64,000 nt of DNA. Origin: Histomonas meleagridis 2922-C6/04-290x (lineage: Eukaryota > Protista > Parabasalia). The position numbers and the translations under genes were made by a program. The notes beneath the pieces are model-generated. The model was given only the letters and a program-made list of their open reading frames with translations, was not told the DNA's origin and did not search any database. Positions 34,668-47,199 of this stretch are shown in pieces. Every line of letters starts with the position of its first letter. The stretch's first letter is position 1. The stretch is from positions 62,001 to 126,000 of the forward strand of contig JAANOX010000017.1 of assembly GCA_020184695.1 (NCBI GenBank), given 5' to 3'.

Positions 34668-36152
34668 TTAGATTGTATATAACATTAGTTCAGCTTCCCT
34701 TTCCCTTAACATCACCATTATAACAATAGCATCCTTGTATACAATTCCGTCTATTTCCACGTCAACAGGCGCTTGTCCCTTAGCTGCCGCCAAATTAATT
34801 TTATTTGCGGCTGCTTCTTTTTTCTCAGTCGATTTCGTAACTGTTGGACCAGTCCATTTCGCAATTAACCGAACCCTATCCAAAGTTATCGATAAAGCGT
34901 TAAATCTCAATGTACTTGTTTTACTTTTAGTTTCAGTGAAAGTCACCTTCATTTGAACGTTTGTCGACTGTTTGCCGATACGCAACGATACGAGCATCGG
35001 TATCACAAATTGATCGGTGTTTGATGTGATGACGACGTTGGCCACGCTGAAGCTAACAGGTGTCAATGGCGACTTGAGGAGAAGATCGAGCTTAGATGCG
35101 ATGGTTGATGACGCGTTTTGAACTTCGGAATCCTCAAGAAAGATAGAGAACCAATTTTTGCTTAAAAAGTTTTCGGCATATTTGGTGGACTTCTCGGACA
35201 GCTTTCGTGCAAAACTACAACGACGTCCATCTGTAAGTGGTATGCAAATGAAGTTAAAGATGTGAGATGAGAATATCCCTCTATCACGCATTTCAACATA
35301 TTGTTTAAGTACTTGGGAAATAAAGTCATCATCACCAGCAATGATGAAGCGGAATGGTGTTTTAGAGTTAGGCTTTAATAATTTACTTGAAATGTCAAAA
35401 ATAAATTGAATGAGATTTTGATCTCGAACTGGAAGCACAAAGTTGTTTTGGCCAGTGCCTCCCATAAAGATTTGGCCTTGAGGAGTGTCTGCATCAAACA
35501 CAAGAATATTTTTGGAAAGAATAATATCTTTGACTTTTTTCTCGATTTGTGTTGTGATCGATGGAATAGATTCACTGTCACTTTCGCTAAGTATTGATGG
35601 GCTTATGCTGTTTGTGGATAATGGAGAACTTTTGAGAATGGTAATTGAATGTAATTCAATCTTAAGCGAAGCAGTTGTAGTGTTATCCTTACGTAATATT
35701 AATGTGGTTGATATTGGCGCTTGAATGGCGTTGGAAAGATCAATGCTGGCTGCTCCTATGGATTTGGAGCGTGGTAATTTTTGAGGTATTTCAATATCTA
35801 TGTCAAGATTGCTTTGATGTCCAAAGCGGACATCATGTTTATATTCGAATAAAACTGTTATATCAACAGGAAGTTCTGTAAGTCCGGCAGCATTTTGTGA
35901 GGATTGAATATAATTCATTAATTCATCATCAATTAAAATGGTGGATGTGCGAACAACACGATAGCTATTTGGTACTGAAAATCGTATCCTTATTTTCTGA
36001 TTTTTTTCAACACTTGCAGGTCTAATTTGAAATGATGTAACATGCAACCAACAATTCCTTGGAACAAGATAAAGCTCTTGGGATTGCTGTTGTGCTGGGC
36101 TTTCAAGCTTTTCTGAAATTAAACAGCGAGGTCGCTTTATATTTTGGGTCAT
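34668..36152 (-). CDS. PACS-like (phosphofurin acidic cluster sorting) protein
   Basis: Segments resemble PACS1/2 from memory: DITVLFEYKH...KSIGAASIDLSNAIQAP (N-terminal C2-like), RFIIAGDDDFISQVLKQYVE, FICIPL and VEIDGIVYKD. Confidence 0.6.
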   Translation of the reverse strand: MTQNIKRPRCLISEKLESPAQQQSQELYLVPRNCWLHVTSFQIRPASVEKNQKIRIRFSVPNSYRVVRTSTILIDDELMNYIQSSQNAAGLTELPVDITVLFEYKHDVRFGHQSNLDIDIEIPQKLPRSKSIGAASIDLSNAIQAPISTTLILRKDNTTTASLKIELHSITILKSSPLSTNSISPSILSESDSESIPSITTQIEKKVKDIILSKNILVFDADTPQGQIFMGGTGQNNFVLPVRDQNLIQFIFDISSKLLKPNSKTPFRFIIAGDDDFISQVLKQYVEMRDRGIFSSHIFNFICIPLTDGRRCSFARKLSEKSTKYAENFLSKNWFSIFLEDSEVQNASSTIASKLDLLLKSPLTPVSFSVANVVITSNTDQFVIPMLVSLRIGKQSTNVQMKVTFTETKSKTSTLRFNALSITLDRVRLIAKWTGPTVTKSTEKKEAAANKINLAAAKGQAPVDVEIDGIVYKDAIVIMVMLREREAELMLYTI

Positions 36153-36690
36153 TGAGTTTTATAAAATTCTTGTAAAGAGTATTTTGAATGAACTCATAGA
36201 AATTATTGAGAATCAAAAACTGATTTAATCAAATAATTATTAAAAAGTGACTATCAAAAAAACACTTTTACAAGTTTGATATCATCTATTTTATGTAAAA
36301 ACAATTATATTTCATCATCATGGGCAAAGCCTTAGTTGAAAGGGATTGCTTGCTTACTACCTACACAAATAACATTTTCTATACAAAAGCAGAGTTTTTT
36401 TCTAAGGTCATGCTTGAGTTTTAAGATCTATAATTTAATTATATTCAAATTCTATAATTTTGGCTGATGTTGTTGAACTGAAAAATTTTTCTACATTACC
36501 TATATCTGCAGATCTGTATGATACAACAAAATTTTTCATAATTTATTAAAAGATGCATCTTAATAATTTTTAACACTTTTTTTCAAATTAATGTAAAAAT
36601 TATCCTTAAACCAAAACTTATATAACAGAAAAAATGAAATTCCTTCACACAACCAAAACATTACGCATTTCATTTACTTATTATTTATTA

Positions 36691-38844
36691 TCAAATTGAT
36701 TTCGAAGCCGGCGGCCTAATTTTCTTTAAGAAATTCGGGTCGTTGAAGTTGAACGGCTCCTGCGGGAACTTTGTCTTCAGCCCTCCGTTTGCTATCGCCC
36801 TTTTTATTTGGTCCTGCTGGTTACCGAATCGGGGAATCTCAGAGTTCACGATGAATCCCTCGTTGACTTTGAACTGTTTCAACTTCGCCAACATGTACGC
36901 AGTCACCTGATACGCAATGAAAGCTTCGTGTGCCACTTCTTCAGTCGGCTGTTTTCGCAACAAAGAAATGACTTTATCGATGTGATCCATAAATAGTTTC
37001 ACCGAATCAATGCATATCGGCGGCTGACCAATTGGTATTGGGTTCGCTTTATGCTGTAACATGAAATTCGTCAGTGCGAAGTTACCTTCGAACTGCGGAT
37101 AATTCGTTGTGATTTGTTTCCGTGATTCGAATATGGCATTCATCGGCCCGTCGAAATGTGGAAACGAATGAATGATCGCGGTGACATGTGTACCACTTAA
37201 GTGCAAAAAGTTTAAGAAAAATGATGAATTAGGTTTGAAAGTGTATACACTAAATAACGCAGCGCTCAATGAGGACTCTGGTAATGTGACTAAGTCGCGC
37301 ATGAACAACAGCGGCTCTGTGTCCGAGCGATGCGGATCTAACTTAGGATCTGTGGTAGAAGTGAGCGAAATGTGTTGGAACTCATTCGTTTGCTTTGGCG
37401 AATCATCAAGTTCAATGAGATCAGCTGAGTTTGGCTGCGGAGTAGCGACGGGCATTGTAATTAAACTAGATGTTTGCTTCGGAAATGGATCAAATGTATT
37501 ATTACTTGTGCTTTGTGCGAATTGTTTTGTTGGTCTGTTTGTATTTGTTTGCTTCGGAAACGGATCAAATGTTTTGTTCGTATTCGTTTGCTGTGCGAAC
37601 GGATCAAATGTTTTGTTGGTGTTTGTTTGCTGTGAAAATGGATCAAACGTATTATTTGTGTTTGTTTGCTGTGAAAATGGATCAAATGTTTTGTTGGTGT
37701 TTGTTTGCTGTGAAAATGGATCAAACGTATTATTTGTGTTTGTTTGCTGTGAAAATGGATCAAATGTTTCATTAGAATTCGTTTGCTGTGAAAATGGATC
37801 AAATGTATCGTTCGAATTAACTTTTTCTGCATATGGAATGAAGGTATTTGAATTAGATGAGCTATTAGTGTTCGTCTGATCGGAATATGGATTGAATGGC
37901 TCTTGCGAATTGTTTGCGTTGCCCTGATTTGACCATTTGGGGTCAACCCAATCAGGAAACTGCCTGTAAAGTTCAGAAAGAACTTCTCTCGCAGTTGGTC
38001 GTTTGGATGGGTCTGGATTGAAGATGAATTTCACCATTTCTTTGAATTTGGGATTAACCGTTTTGTTCGATGGCCATTGGTATTTGAGATTGAGAATTTG
38101 GAGATTTGATCCGTCTGGAAAAGCATCTTTAAATGTGCAGAGCTTGAAAAGAACACAACCAAGTGCCCATATGTCTGATTTAGGTCCAATTGGTTGACGC
38201 CTATATAAATCACACATTTCTGGTGCACGATAAAGAGCTGTTGTATTTTTCTCGAGATCATCTGCAGCTTCATTCCTTTCACTGGCAGTTGTTAATGTGT
38301 AAACCCGTTTTGTGGCTGAGCCAAAATCACATAATTTCCATTTACCTTCATGGAAAAGAACATTTTCTGGTTTAAGATCACGATGAATAATAGGGGGATT
38401 TTGAGAGTGAATGAAATCAACTGCTTCTACAACTTGTGTAAATATTTCAACAATTGTCGAATCACTAAAGCCTTGATTGAAAACTTGATTCATACGATTA
38501 ACAAGGTTGTCTGGACAATATTCCATTAAAATTGTTGCTTGACGTGTGCTTTGATTTGAAGTCATTCCATAAACTTTAACAATATTTGGATGTGAAGCGC
38601 ATTGTTTGTGAATTGAAAATTCGTTCATGATTTGTTGGTAGTGCTCTTCGTCTGGTGCTTGAAGTGCTTTAAGTGCATATGTTTTGCCTGAACCTTCTGC
38701 TAGATAAATCATTCCAAATCCACCATCTGCAATTTTATTTCCTACAGTTACATTAATGCCGCCAATTGACATTTCTGTACCACTGAGCCTGTCTCCACTT
38801 ACACCTTGTTGGATTGTTGATTTGATCCTGTTTACAAAATTCAT
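36691..38844 (-). CDS. NAK-family kinase (AAK1/GAK/Ark1-Prk1-like) with DPF repeats
   Basis: IADGGFGMIY, IIHRDLKPEN, KLCDFGSAT, TTALYRAPEMCDLYRRQPIGPKSDIWALGCVLFKLC; ATG at 38844. Confidence 0.92.
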   Translation of the reverse strand: MNFVNRIKSTIQQGVSGDRLSGTEMSIGGINVTVGNKIADGGFGMIYLAEGSGKTYALKALQAPDEEHYQQIMNEFSIHKQCASHPNIVKVYGMTSNQSTRQATILMEYCPDNLVNRMNQVFNQGFSDSTIVEIFTQVVEAVDFIHSQNPPIIHRDLKPENVLFHEGKWKLCDFGSATKRVYTLTTASERNEAADDLEKNTTALYRAPEMCDLYRRQPIGPKSDIWALGCVLFKLCTFKDAFPDGSNLQILNLKYQWPSNKTVNPKFKEMVKFIFNPDPSKRPTAREVLSELYRQFPDWVDPKWSNQGNANNSQEPFNPYSDQTNTNSSSNSNTFIPYAEKVNSNDTFDPFSQQTNSNETFDPFSQQTNTNNTFDPFSQQTNTNKTFDPFSQQTNTNNTFDPFSQQTNTNKTFDPFAQQTNTNKTFDPFPKQTNTNRPTKQFAQSTSNNTFDPFPKQTSSLITMPVATPQPNSADLIELDDSPKQTNEFQHISLTSTTDPKLDPHRSDTEPLLFMRDLVTLPESSLSAALFSVYTFKPNSSFFLNFLHLSGTHVTAIIHSFPHFDGPMNAIFESRKQITTNYPQFEGNFALTNFMLQHKANPIPIGQPPICIDSVKLFMDHIDKVISLLRKQPTEEVAHEAFIAYQVTAYMLAKLKQFKVNEGFIVNSEIPRFGNQQDQIKRAIANGGLKTKFPQEPFNFNDPNFLKKIRPPASKSI
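37480..37810 (-). repeat. 39-bp coding tandem repeat (TFDPFSQQTNTNK/N), about 7-8 DPF motifs
   Basis: ggatcaaa(t/c)gt recurs about every 39 nt on the + strand. Confidence 0.9.
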
Positions 38845-39569
38845 GGTTGTATAACTACCAAAACCGATTTGAGGGTAAAATACATTGAATTCCACACAGG
38901 GGTACCCCCAATCTGAATTTTGACATATCTGTTTTATAAACTATTTAAAAAGAATCACAAAATAAAATCGCTATTTTATTATTTTTTTGATAAATTACCA
39001 TTTTGAAGGACTGATATATGAAACTACTAATATCATATAAAGCTTTTTCTATTGTGTAAGTACAATAGAAAAATCAAAAACATCGAAAAAAATGAACTTT
39101 AAAAACCATAACTCTAAATTAGACAGCTTGTATCAATATCTTAAGAAATAAAAAAGTAAAATTCTATCATTTGTGAATATATTATCCGAATGAGAATCAT
39201 GTTTGAATAAGATGCAATATCATTATTATTTATTAAATTTATCGGATGAAACAACATTTATTTAATGAATAATCAGAATTATTGTTGATTTTAGGTAATG
39301 ACATGTTATATAATCGAAAACAAGTATCAAACGCATAAGATTCACAATGTGTTAGATTTGGTAATTCTAAGCTTACTAAATTAAAGCGTATAGCAAATGT
39401 ATGATAGCGACAGTGTTTTAATTTTGGAAGATGAACATTTTCGAAAGATGACTACCAATAAATACGCCGTTTCCAATATCAAAACAAATTGTTTTACAAA
39501 TGTTATGCTCCTCATTTTTTCATGTTTTTTAGTGTACAGAAAAATATATACTTTTCAAATTAGGTTATG

Positions 39570-41963
39570 TTAGATCCATAAATCTTTTTCATTTTCTAAT
39601 AATTCTCCAATTACTTTATCGGGTTTTTCTGTACTTTCTATAACAAATCCATCATCACCTCCAACACTTTTTGATGATTGCTTTTCAATTTTAATATTTT
39701 TCTTTCTTATAAGGAAAAATACAATTCCAATGATAATGAAAACAATTGCTACAGCGCCACATATAATGCCAATCAAGAAACTTTTGCTAATTACATTTCT
39801 CTCATTTATTTCGTTCTGTATATAAGGAGCAAAGAATCCAGAATAAAAGCTAAAATAAGTAGGATACTTAATTACTGAATATTTATAAAAAATATATTTC
39901 GAGTGTAATATAGTATATTCAGAGTTTAATCTTGATAAAATAAATGAATTTGATATCAATGAATTAAAGGTGATTGTTTCTGTAAATGATAAGAAATAAA
40001 TCAATGTATATGAAAATGTTAATGAATCATCAATATGTGAATATGATTCGATGAATGTTGAATTTGAGACTGTTAATGAATTTGAGGAAATAAATGAATT
40101 TGATAATGTAATTCCATATGAATATGAATTTGTTTTTGCTTGTATTTCAGTATTTTGATATGAATGTTTTTGTGTTTTTATTTCTGTTGATATTAAATGT
40201 GATCGTGAAGGTGTTGGATGTGGTGATTGAGATAATGTTGGAGATTTTGAAACAGATGCTGATGCTGATATTGATGGTGATCGTGATGCTGATGCTGATA
40301 TTGATGGTGATCGTGATGCTGATGCTGATATTGATGGTGATCGTGATGCTGATGCTGATATTGATGGTGATCGTGATGCTGATGCTGATATTGATGGTGA
40401 TCGTGATGGTGATGGTGATTTCGAAGGTGTTGCATCCGGAATTGGAATAGTTAAACTTGTAATGTTACCAATATTTCCTGCACCATCAACTGCTGCAACA
40501 AAGACATTCATTCCATTGGTAACTTGTTTTGAATTAAGATAAATGTAATCGTCTTTTGTTGAACTTGCTAAAGCATCAATAGTAACACTTTGATCATTTG
40601 TAACTGTGTAAATGTAATGATCAACTCCTGTTGTAACAGTAACTTCAACTGGTTCAGATTCTGCATAAACATCATCATTCGATTTTAAAAGTGCTTGAAC
40701 TTTGAATCTGTATTTAGTTCCTTTGTCAATACTATCAATATGAACTCTATATGATTTTTCTTCATATCTAAGATTAACTGTTGGAGATTCATAATCTTGT
40801 GATGAATGATCTTCTGCAAATGTTTCAGAAGTCCTTTGATTTAAATAATAAATCGTATTCACAATAATTTTCCTTTCTTCGATTGTCGATTCACAATTAC
40901 TATGACCTGTTTGAATCATTGCTGTGTTATCTTTCGTTGTAAGATAGAAATTGTGTTGAAGACCTGCACTATCTGTTTGTGGATTTGCATTGGTTCCTAA
41001 TGTCATCCAAACATCGCCTGTCGTGGCATGTGAATATGTATGTGTTGTTGGGATTGTGAGAACAGTTCCAATGTCACCAATTTGATATGGATAATTTGTT
41101 AACAAACCTTTGCGAACAATGGTAACGGTACTTTCTTGAATATACTTGTAATTAATATTTTTACCATTATAAGTATTATCTGTATAATTAGATTTAATTC
41201 CAAAAAGATCTCTGATTGAAAGTAAACTTGTTGCCTGATTATTAATATAGAAGCTGTATACGATTGAATCATGTCCTGCCAAAAATCCATACCCTTTGTT
41301 GATATATCTTGTCACTGCACCTTTAGCTGTTTCTGTTGAGATTCCATAACCAGTACTGGCATCCCATGTTCCAAAAACAATAACACTATAATTGTATAGA
41401 AATTCGTCATCATTTGCTTTTTCTTCAAAATCATTAATTGAGATGGGTGTGACAGAAATCAGTTGTTCACCTGTAGAAGTATCAATGCCATAAGGTTCGA
41501 AGGTGGTTCTGGATCCATCACTATCTATCATGATACCTCCTTCCATCCAAACTTTTTAATGAGGCTGATTTCGGCAGTGTATGCCAGACATCAGAACCTT
41601 CTTCATTTTTTTATATTGAAAATTGACATTATAAGTGTTATAACTCCCAGCCCATGATGAACCTTGTCCTTTATTTCCATCAGTTTGACTTGGATAGATG
41701 TTTAATACATTAACATGCGTACCTGATTTATATGTACTTATTTGTTTCCAGGTAGTATCATACTCATCAGCATCTGTGTCATAACTTTGTTGGAAAACTT
41801 TATAATATATTTCTTGATTTTCAATTTTTGACCAACTTAAATATGCACCACCTTTACCAGATGCATACGAAGTATTAACCTGCACATTTAAGCTTATGGA
41901 TTGACTTGATTGACAATGAGCGAAGAAGAAAGACAAAACAAACATTTTGGGAAACTGCATCAT
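39570..41963 (-). CDS. Surface-protein gene copy 3 (signal peptide, DUF5057-like ectodomain, ([10 protein letters not shown])x5 stalk, different TM/tail)
   Basis: Start [19 protein letters not shown]. Continuous after correcting two +1 homopolymers (about 41605 and 41555). [26 protein letters not shown]. Confidence 0.75.
40261..40410 (-). repeat. 30-bp coding tandem repeat x5 (stalk)
   Basis: gatgctgatattgatggtgatcgtgatgct repeated; copies 1 and 2 carry only one such unit. Confidence 0.95.
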
Positions 41964-42559
41964 CTTAAAATAACTTTTTGAAAGGATTGTGAACAGCATT
42001 ATAAAATGAATATTTTTGGATGGTAAGAAAAATATATGCAATATAGAGAAACTGAACAAAGTCCCCTAGTGAAATGCCTTTAGTTTTTCTAGAAAAGACG
42101 TGATCTCATCCGGTGGTGATAAAATTGAGCTTAATTTTAGCCAAATTTGGCACACCACAAAAGTGTTGGCACACCCAAAGAAAAGTTTTTTGAATATGCT
42201 CTCAAATTAAAACAATAACATAACCGCTGGCATCTGACAATGCATATTCAATTTTTTTGACTAACAAAACTTTTTTTTTTTTTTTGTATGAAAACCGTAA
42301 ACTTTAACGGAGAGAAAAAATGAATATGACACCAATCGCATGCAAAACTATCAACAAAATAGAAATAAGCAGACACTTGTAAATGTCAGAATTAAAAATT
42401 GTTAGGTTTAACATCGTCAAGTAATCATATTATTATTTACTTTGAAAAACAAAAACTATTAAAATGAATTTAAGTGATCACCAAAATGAATAGAAGGATA
42501 ATTTCATTCAAAATTTGAAAATCTGAAAAAAAATTGAAATTTTAAAATGTAAATTTCAA

Positions 42560-43879
42560 TGAAAACGATTGGAAACATTAATGTATATAAGAGATTTCCA
42601 ATAATGGATTGAACTACCATAATTCTTAAAATATCAAATTATAATAATAAATATCAAATAAAACAACAAAAATTCATCTTTAGCATTAATCTCAATTCCT
42701 TTTTGTTCAAGAAGTAATTTAAAGATTTCTGTATAACCACATGAAGATGCACAAATAAGTACTGTTCTAAATAATTTAAATTATTTCCTAATATTATTTT
42801 GAAATATCAAATTATTAAAATAAATATTATATAAAACATATGAATATCTTTCGCATTGATATCAATTCCTTTTTGTTTAACAAGTAATTTTACTATTTCT
42901 GTATTACCTTTTTCAGCAACATATATCAAAGGTGTTCTAAATAATTTAATAAACCATTATTAAATATTATATGAAAACATTGAAATTTTACAAAAAATAT
43001 TTACAGAATTAAAATTGATTCCTTTTTCTGTGCTTAAGAATGATATATTCCACAACTTCAACATTCTCTGATTTAATAGAATAAATCAAAATATTTTTTG
43101 GTTTTTTCTTATTATTATGAAGAAAATACATGAGTAGATATATATTACCAATTTCTGCTGATTTTTTGATAATAGATTCATTGAATTTAGTTCCTTCTCC
43201 TTCTAAAAATGATAGGATTTCATAATTCCCACTCATAACACAAAATTTTATTAAATCAATATCAAAAAATTTTTATGAGGCTTTGTATCATGTTCCTTAC
43301 ACAAATTATCCATTTTATTTTCATGAAGATAAAGAAAAATATCATTTCGATGAGATTTAATTGCTATTTCATAACCCTATAAATGATGAACCATTTTGTT
43401 CACATAAATTAATTATTTCTTCATTTCCATCTACAACTGCATATTTACCTGCATTTCCTAATTTTGCACCATTCATAAGTAAATATTTGAAACATTTAAC
43501 AGTTGATGCTGCATAATCAATTAATGTAACATTTTTGATTAATAAATGAATATCTTTCATAAAGTGATGGTTCAATTATTTGATTAAAAATCAAAAATTT
43601 GTTTGTGATGATTTTTTCTTGAAGTTTTTCTATTTCATCATTTCGAATGATTTTGTGCAATTTCATTTGGATTATGTCCTTCTTTAATATATTTTTTATG
43701 AAGTTCAATATAGTTCTTTGAAAGTTGGTCATAATTTTTTAAAAAAGTAGAGCAAAATCGATCACTGGGGATATGTTTTTTGTTTTCATTTGTAGTTTTG
43801 TAATGAGCAAAATATTTTGAAGGAATTATCTTTGTAATATTTGCATCAATTAAATTTTGTCTTATCATTTCCTCAATTA
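42560..43879 (-). pseudogene. Ankyrin gene locus E, near-identical 5'-truncated duplicate of locus D
   Basis: 42840-43879 matches 27085-28130 apart from small indels. Inserts at 42936-43001 (66) and 42766-42848 (83). Identity breaks at about 43879. Confidence 0.75.
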
Positions 43880-43899
43880 ATTTATCATATTTCGATATT

Positions 43900-45666
43900 A
43901 CAATATTTATTCAAAATTTACCATTATTTATTACATGTAAAAAGCACACCATTAGACAAAATAATGATATTAATTTTTCGATATCATGTTCCAAATGTGA
44001 TCAAATAATTTTCAAATTGCATCTACAAAAAACCTCTGAAACAGGAACAATAGGCTGCCGAATTCTTTGCGAACATGTAATCGACCTTCTTCATGAAGAA
44101 ACAGATAATTCTTCCAGAAAGTTTATATTTGTGTTTCCATTGGATGAAGAAATAATAAACAATCATAAAAAAGATTTCAGAATAATTCATCCGCTTCAGA
44201 TGATTGGTAAAATAATATATAAAAATACTTCGAATGGAATTTTAAAACATTTTTTGAGGCAAATTATTTTTTCAAATTGTTGGTATTATAAACTTTCGAA
44301 TCAAAAAACAAAATGTTCAAGTTTGGAAGAAATTATTTCTTCAAAAAGTGGTTTTTTCTTTTTATATTTATATGAAAAATCAGATATTAAAAATTTATTA
44401 GTATATGATAATAAACCAGTTCAATGCTTCATTTGGATTTCTCCTGGAATTTTAGAATTTCTATCTATCGATGGTGGTAGTCTTTATATTCAAATGGATG
44501 CTTCGTTTTATGCTTTACGTCCTTATGTGTATTCAATACCACTTTTAATATTCAATAATGCATCGATTCCTTTAGAATTAATTTTAGATCCATCGGAATC
44601 TGAAAATTTATATTCACTTATTTATCAATGTATCAAAAAAATTACTAATTCTGATCGTTTAAATAATTTACCAGTATTATCTGATGAAGGGAGTGCTATT
44701 GAATCTTTTGTTAATCATGAAAATTTAGAACAATTTTTATGTCATAGGCATTTAATTGAGAAAATTGGTTCGGGGTCTTTTATTGCACAAATTGTCAAAA
44801 TATTATTATTTCAACCTAATATTGATAGTTATGAGGTTCAATAAGTTCAATCTATTGCAGATGTTAATGAACTAATTATTAATAAAGAAATCGATTCAAA
44901 AACGATTATGAAATTTGCGAAAATATTTGATTTACGAAAATTAAATGGTAAACTTATTGCAAAAAGTAGTAATAATCGAAATGGTTTATGGAATAGACAG
45001 ACATTAGGAATCTCAACATGCTCAAATCACATTGAAAGTTTGCACAAAAAAATGAATGTGGATGTTTTCCGATTTTACAAAATTAATCGAAAATTACAAA
45101 TTGTTTTAGATACAATTTTTGATATTTATAATAATTTTGAAATAAATTCAAGAAAACAAACTCATAGATTACTTTGCAATTTAAAGTGAGATGCACAACA
45201 ATCTTCAATCGTTCAATGTGAAACATGTTATATGAATTGTGGATGGGGTAATATATATTCAAATAGATTCGGAATTAATGATTTTCCTTGCATACATACT
45301 ATAAAATGCTCAAGTTTATATTTTGAAAATCTTGAACTTCCAGTATTTAATAATGACATAAATTTTGTTGAAATACATCCATCATTTGGTTCTTGGTCGT
45401 TTTCTTCAATAGCACCTGTATACTCTTTTGAAAAAACATATGATGAATATAATTATTTCCAACAAAATATTAAAGAATGTGATTTTATATATGAATTAGC
45501 CAAAGATATATATTACATTAAAGGATGCTTATTAGATTTAAGAGAAACTTTTATGGAAGTTTCTAAACTATGGGGTGTCGAAACTAATAATAATAAGGAA
45601 AATATGAATAATGTGAACTTCAAAGCAAAATTTAAATATAAAGCATATAAAAAAAATGAGTATTAA
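43900..45666 (+). mobile_element. Mutator-like (MULE) transposase relic
   Basis: One frame with two in-frame stops (44842 TAA, 45187 TGA): IQMDASFY (D), LSDEGSAI (D), FLCHRHL (CxxH), SNHIESLH (E), then a SWIM-like C-x2-C...CIH. No start codon or TIRs recognised. Confidence 0.8.
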
Positions 45667-47199
45667 ACCATGAATTATGCTTCAAAATAATTGAGTAAAC
45701 ATATTTTAATAATTTTAAATTAATGCTGAATTTTTATAATAATGAAAAAAGAATAATAGGGTATTATAAATATTTATTAGAAATAATAAATTAAATAATA
45801 ATGTGTTTTGAATGATTTTTGTATCAAATTAATTTTGGAGTTTATATTTTAAATCTTGAGAATAATTGTGGCAATATAGAAAATGAATATCAATAAATTG
45901 CATATAATTGTAAAATAAAAATATATTTATATTTTCTTATTGTATAATTTTTTGGAGTAATCTGAATGTTAATGAAAAATTGATTTCAAAAAATATGCAT
46001 AAATATTTTAAAAATATTTTTCTAAATTATGAATTTCTTTTTCAGAGAATGGTCTTTGAAAAACAAATATTTAAAAATAAAAAATTCGAAGAAATTGCAT
46101 AAATTATCGCTAATTTTCTATAAAAAACTAACAACCATAATAATTTTTACCTTATCATGAATATGTCAAACTAAATTATAATACATTATGATATAAACAA
46201 TGGAAAAGTATAATTGATCTTCATCTCACAACATGATTTTTTTGCCTATGTCTGTTCGCATTTTTTATCAAATTTCATATCGTCATTGAATTTCTTTAAT
46301 ACAAAAATAAGAATATTTTTATTATTTATCTAAGTATTTAAATAATTTCAAACATTTTATGATTTACCTAATTATTTTGTTATTATTTTTAGAATATGAA
46401 AAAAAATAAGCATTTAGTAAAAAAAAGTCAAAAAAATATAGAATCATTGAATCGAACCATTGGAATACAAAATGAAAAACAGTAATTCTTCAAATAAGTT
46501 ACATGAAATTCAAATACGTACAAAATTTATATATAATCATACTAACTTTCGAAAATGCAATAAAAATTTTCACTCCCGAAACGAATATTATAGATAAAAT
46601 GAAATAAATCACATAAAAATATTTAATATAACAATAAAAATAAAGTAATAGATGGATATTGTAAATATATTGAAATCGCAGATTATTAAAACCATTTTTA
46701 ACAATATTCATATTTAATTCATTTTTTATAAAATACGTATATATTCGATTTAATTTATTATTCGTAAATTAAAATAAATTAATATTATTACGAGATAAAT
46801 ATGTTTAGAAACCGATTTTCTTGTTTTAACTTTTAAGGTTTTTTCTATGCATTTTGATCGTAAAATTCGATTTTAAATCGTAAAATTCGCGGTATATTAG
46901 TTGTAATATTGACTTTTTTATCTCCTTATTCATTTTCACAGACAAGTTTATTAATATCAACAAAATCAACAATAACATATGCAAATACAAAGGAAGGAAT
47001 AGAATGATAGACCTTAATTTATATTCTACGAAGTGTTATGTGTAATATTACAGAAACTGAGACGTCAACATTCAATAATTTAAATACAAACAGTTTCTCC
47101 TTCTTATATTGAAAGTTCATATCAATCTGTTATAACAAAAGTTTCATCAACTTCATCACTTACATATAAACAAATATCAACACAAATTTTAACAAGTAT

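Noticed and set aside
42145-42180. TTGGCACACC direct repeat replacing a 14-nt segment seen at the paralogous 26292-26305 (possible transposon footprint)
   Set aside because: Single small event, equally explained by slippage or repair.
16831-45189. Stop-codon reassignment (in-frame TAA at a Glu position in locus B; TAA and TGA in the MULE ORF)
   Set aside because: Long housekeeping ORFs are stop-free and end in TAA, TGA or TAG normally; the stops occur only in decaying elements.
46858-46892. Direct repeat atcgtaaaattcg x2 and nearby short palindromes
   Set aside because: Within chance expectation for very AT-rich intergenic DNA.
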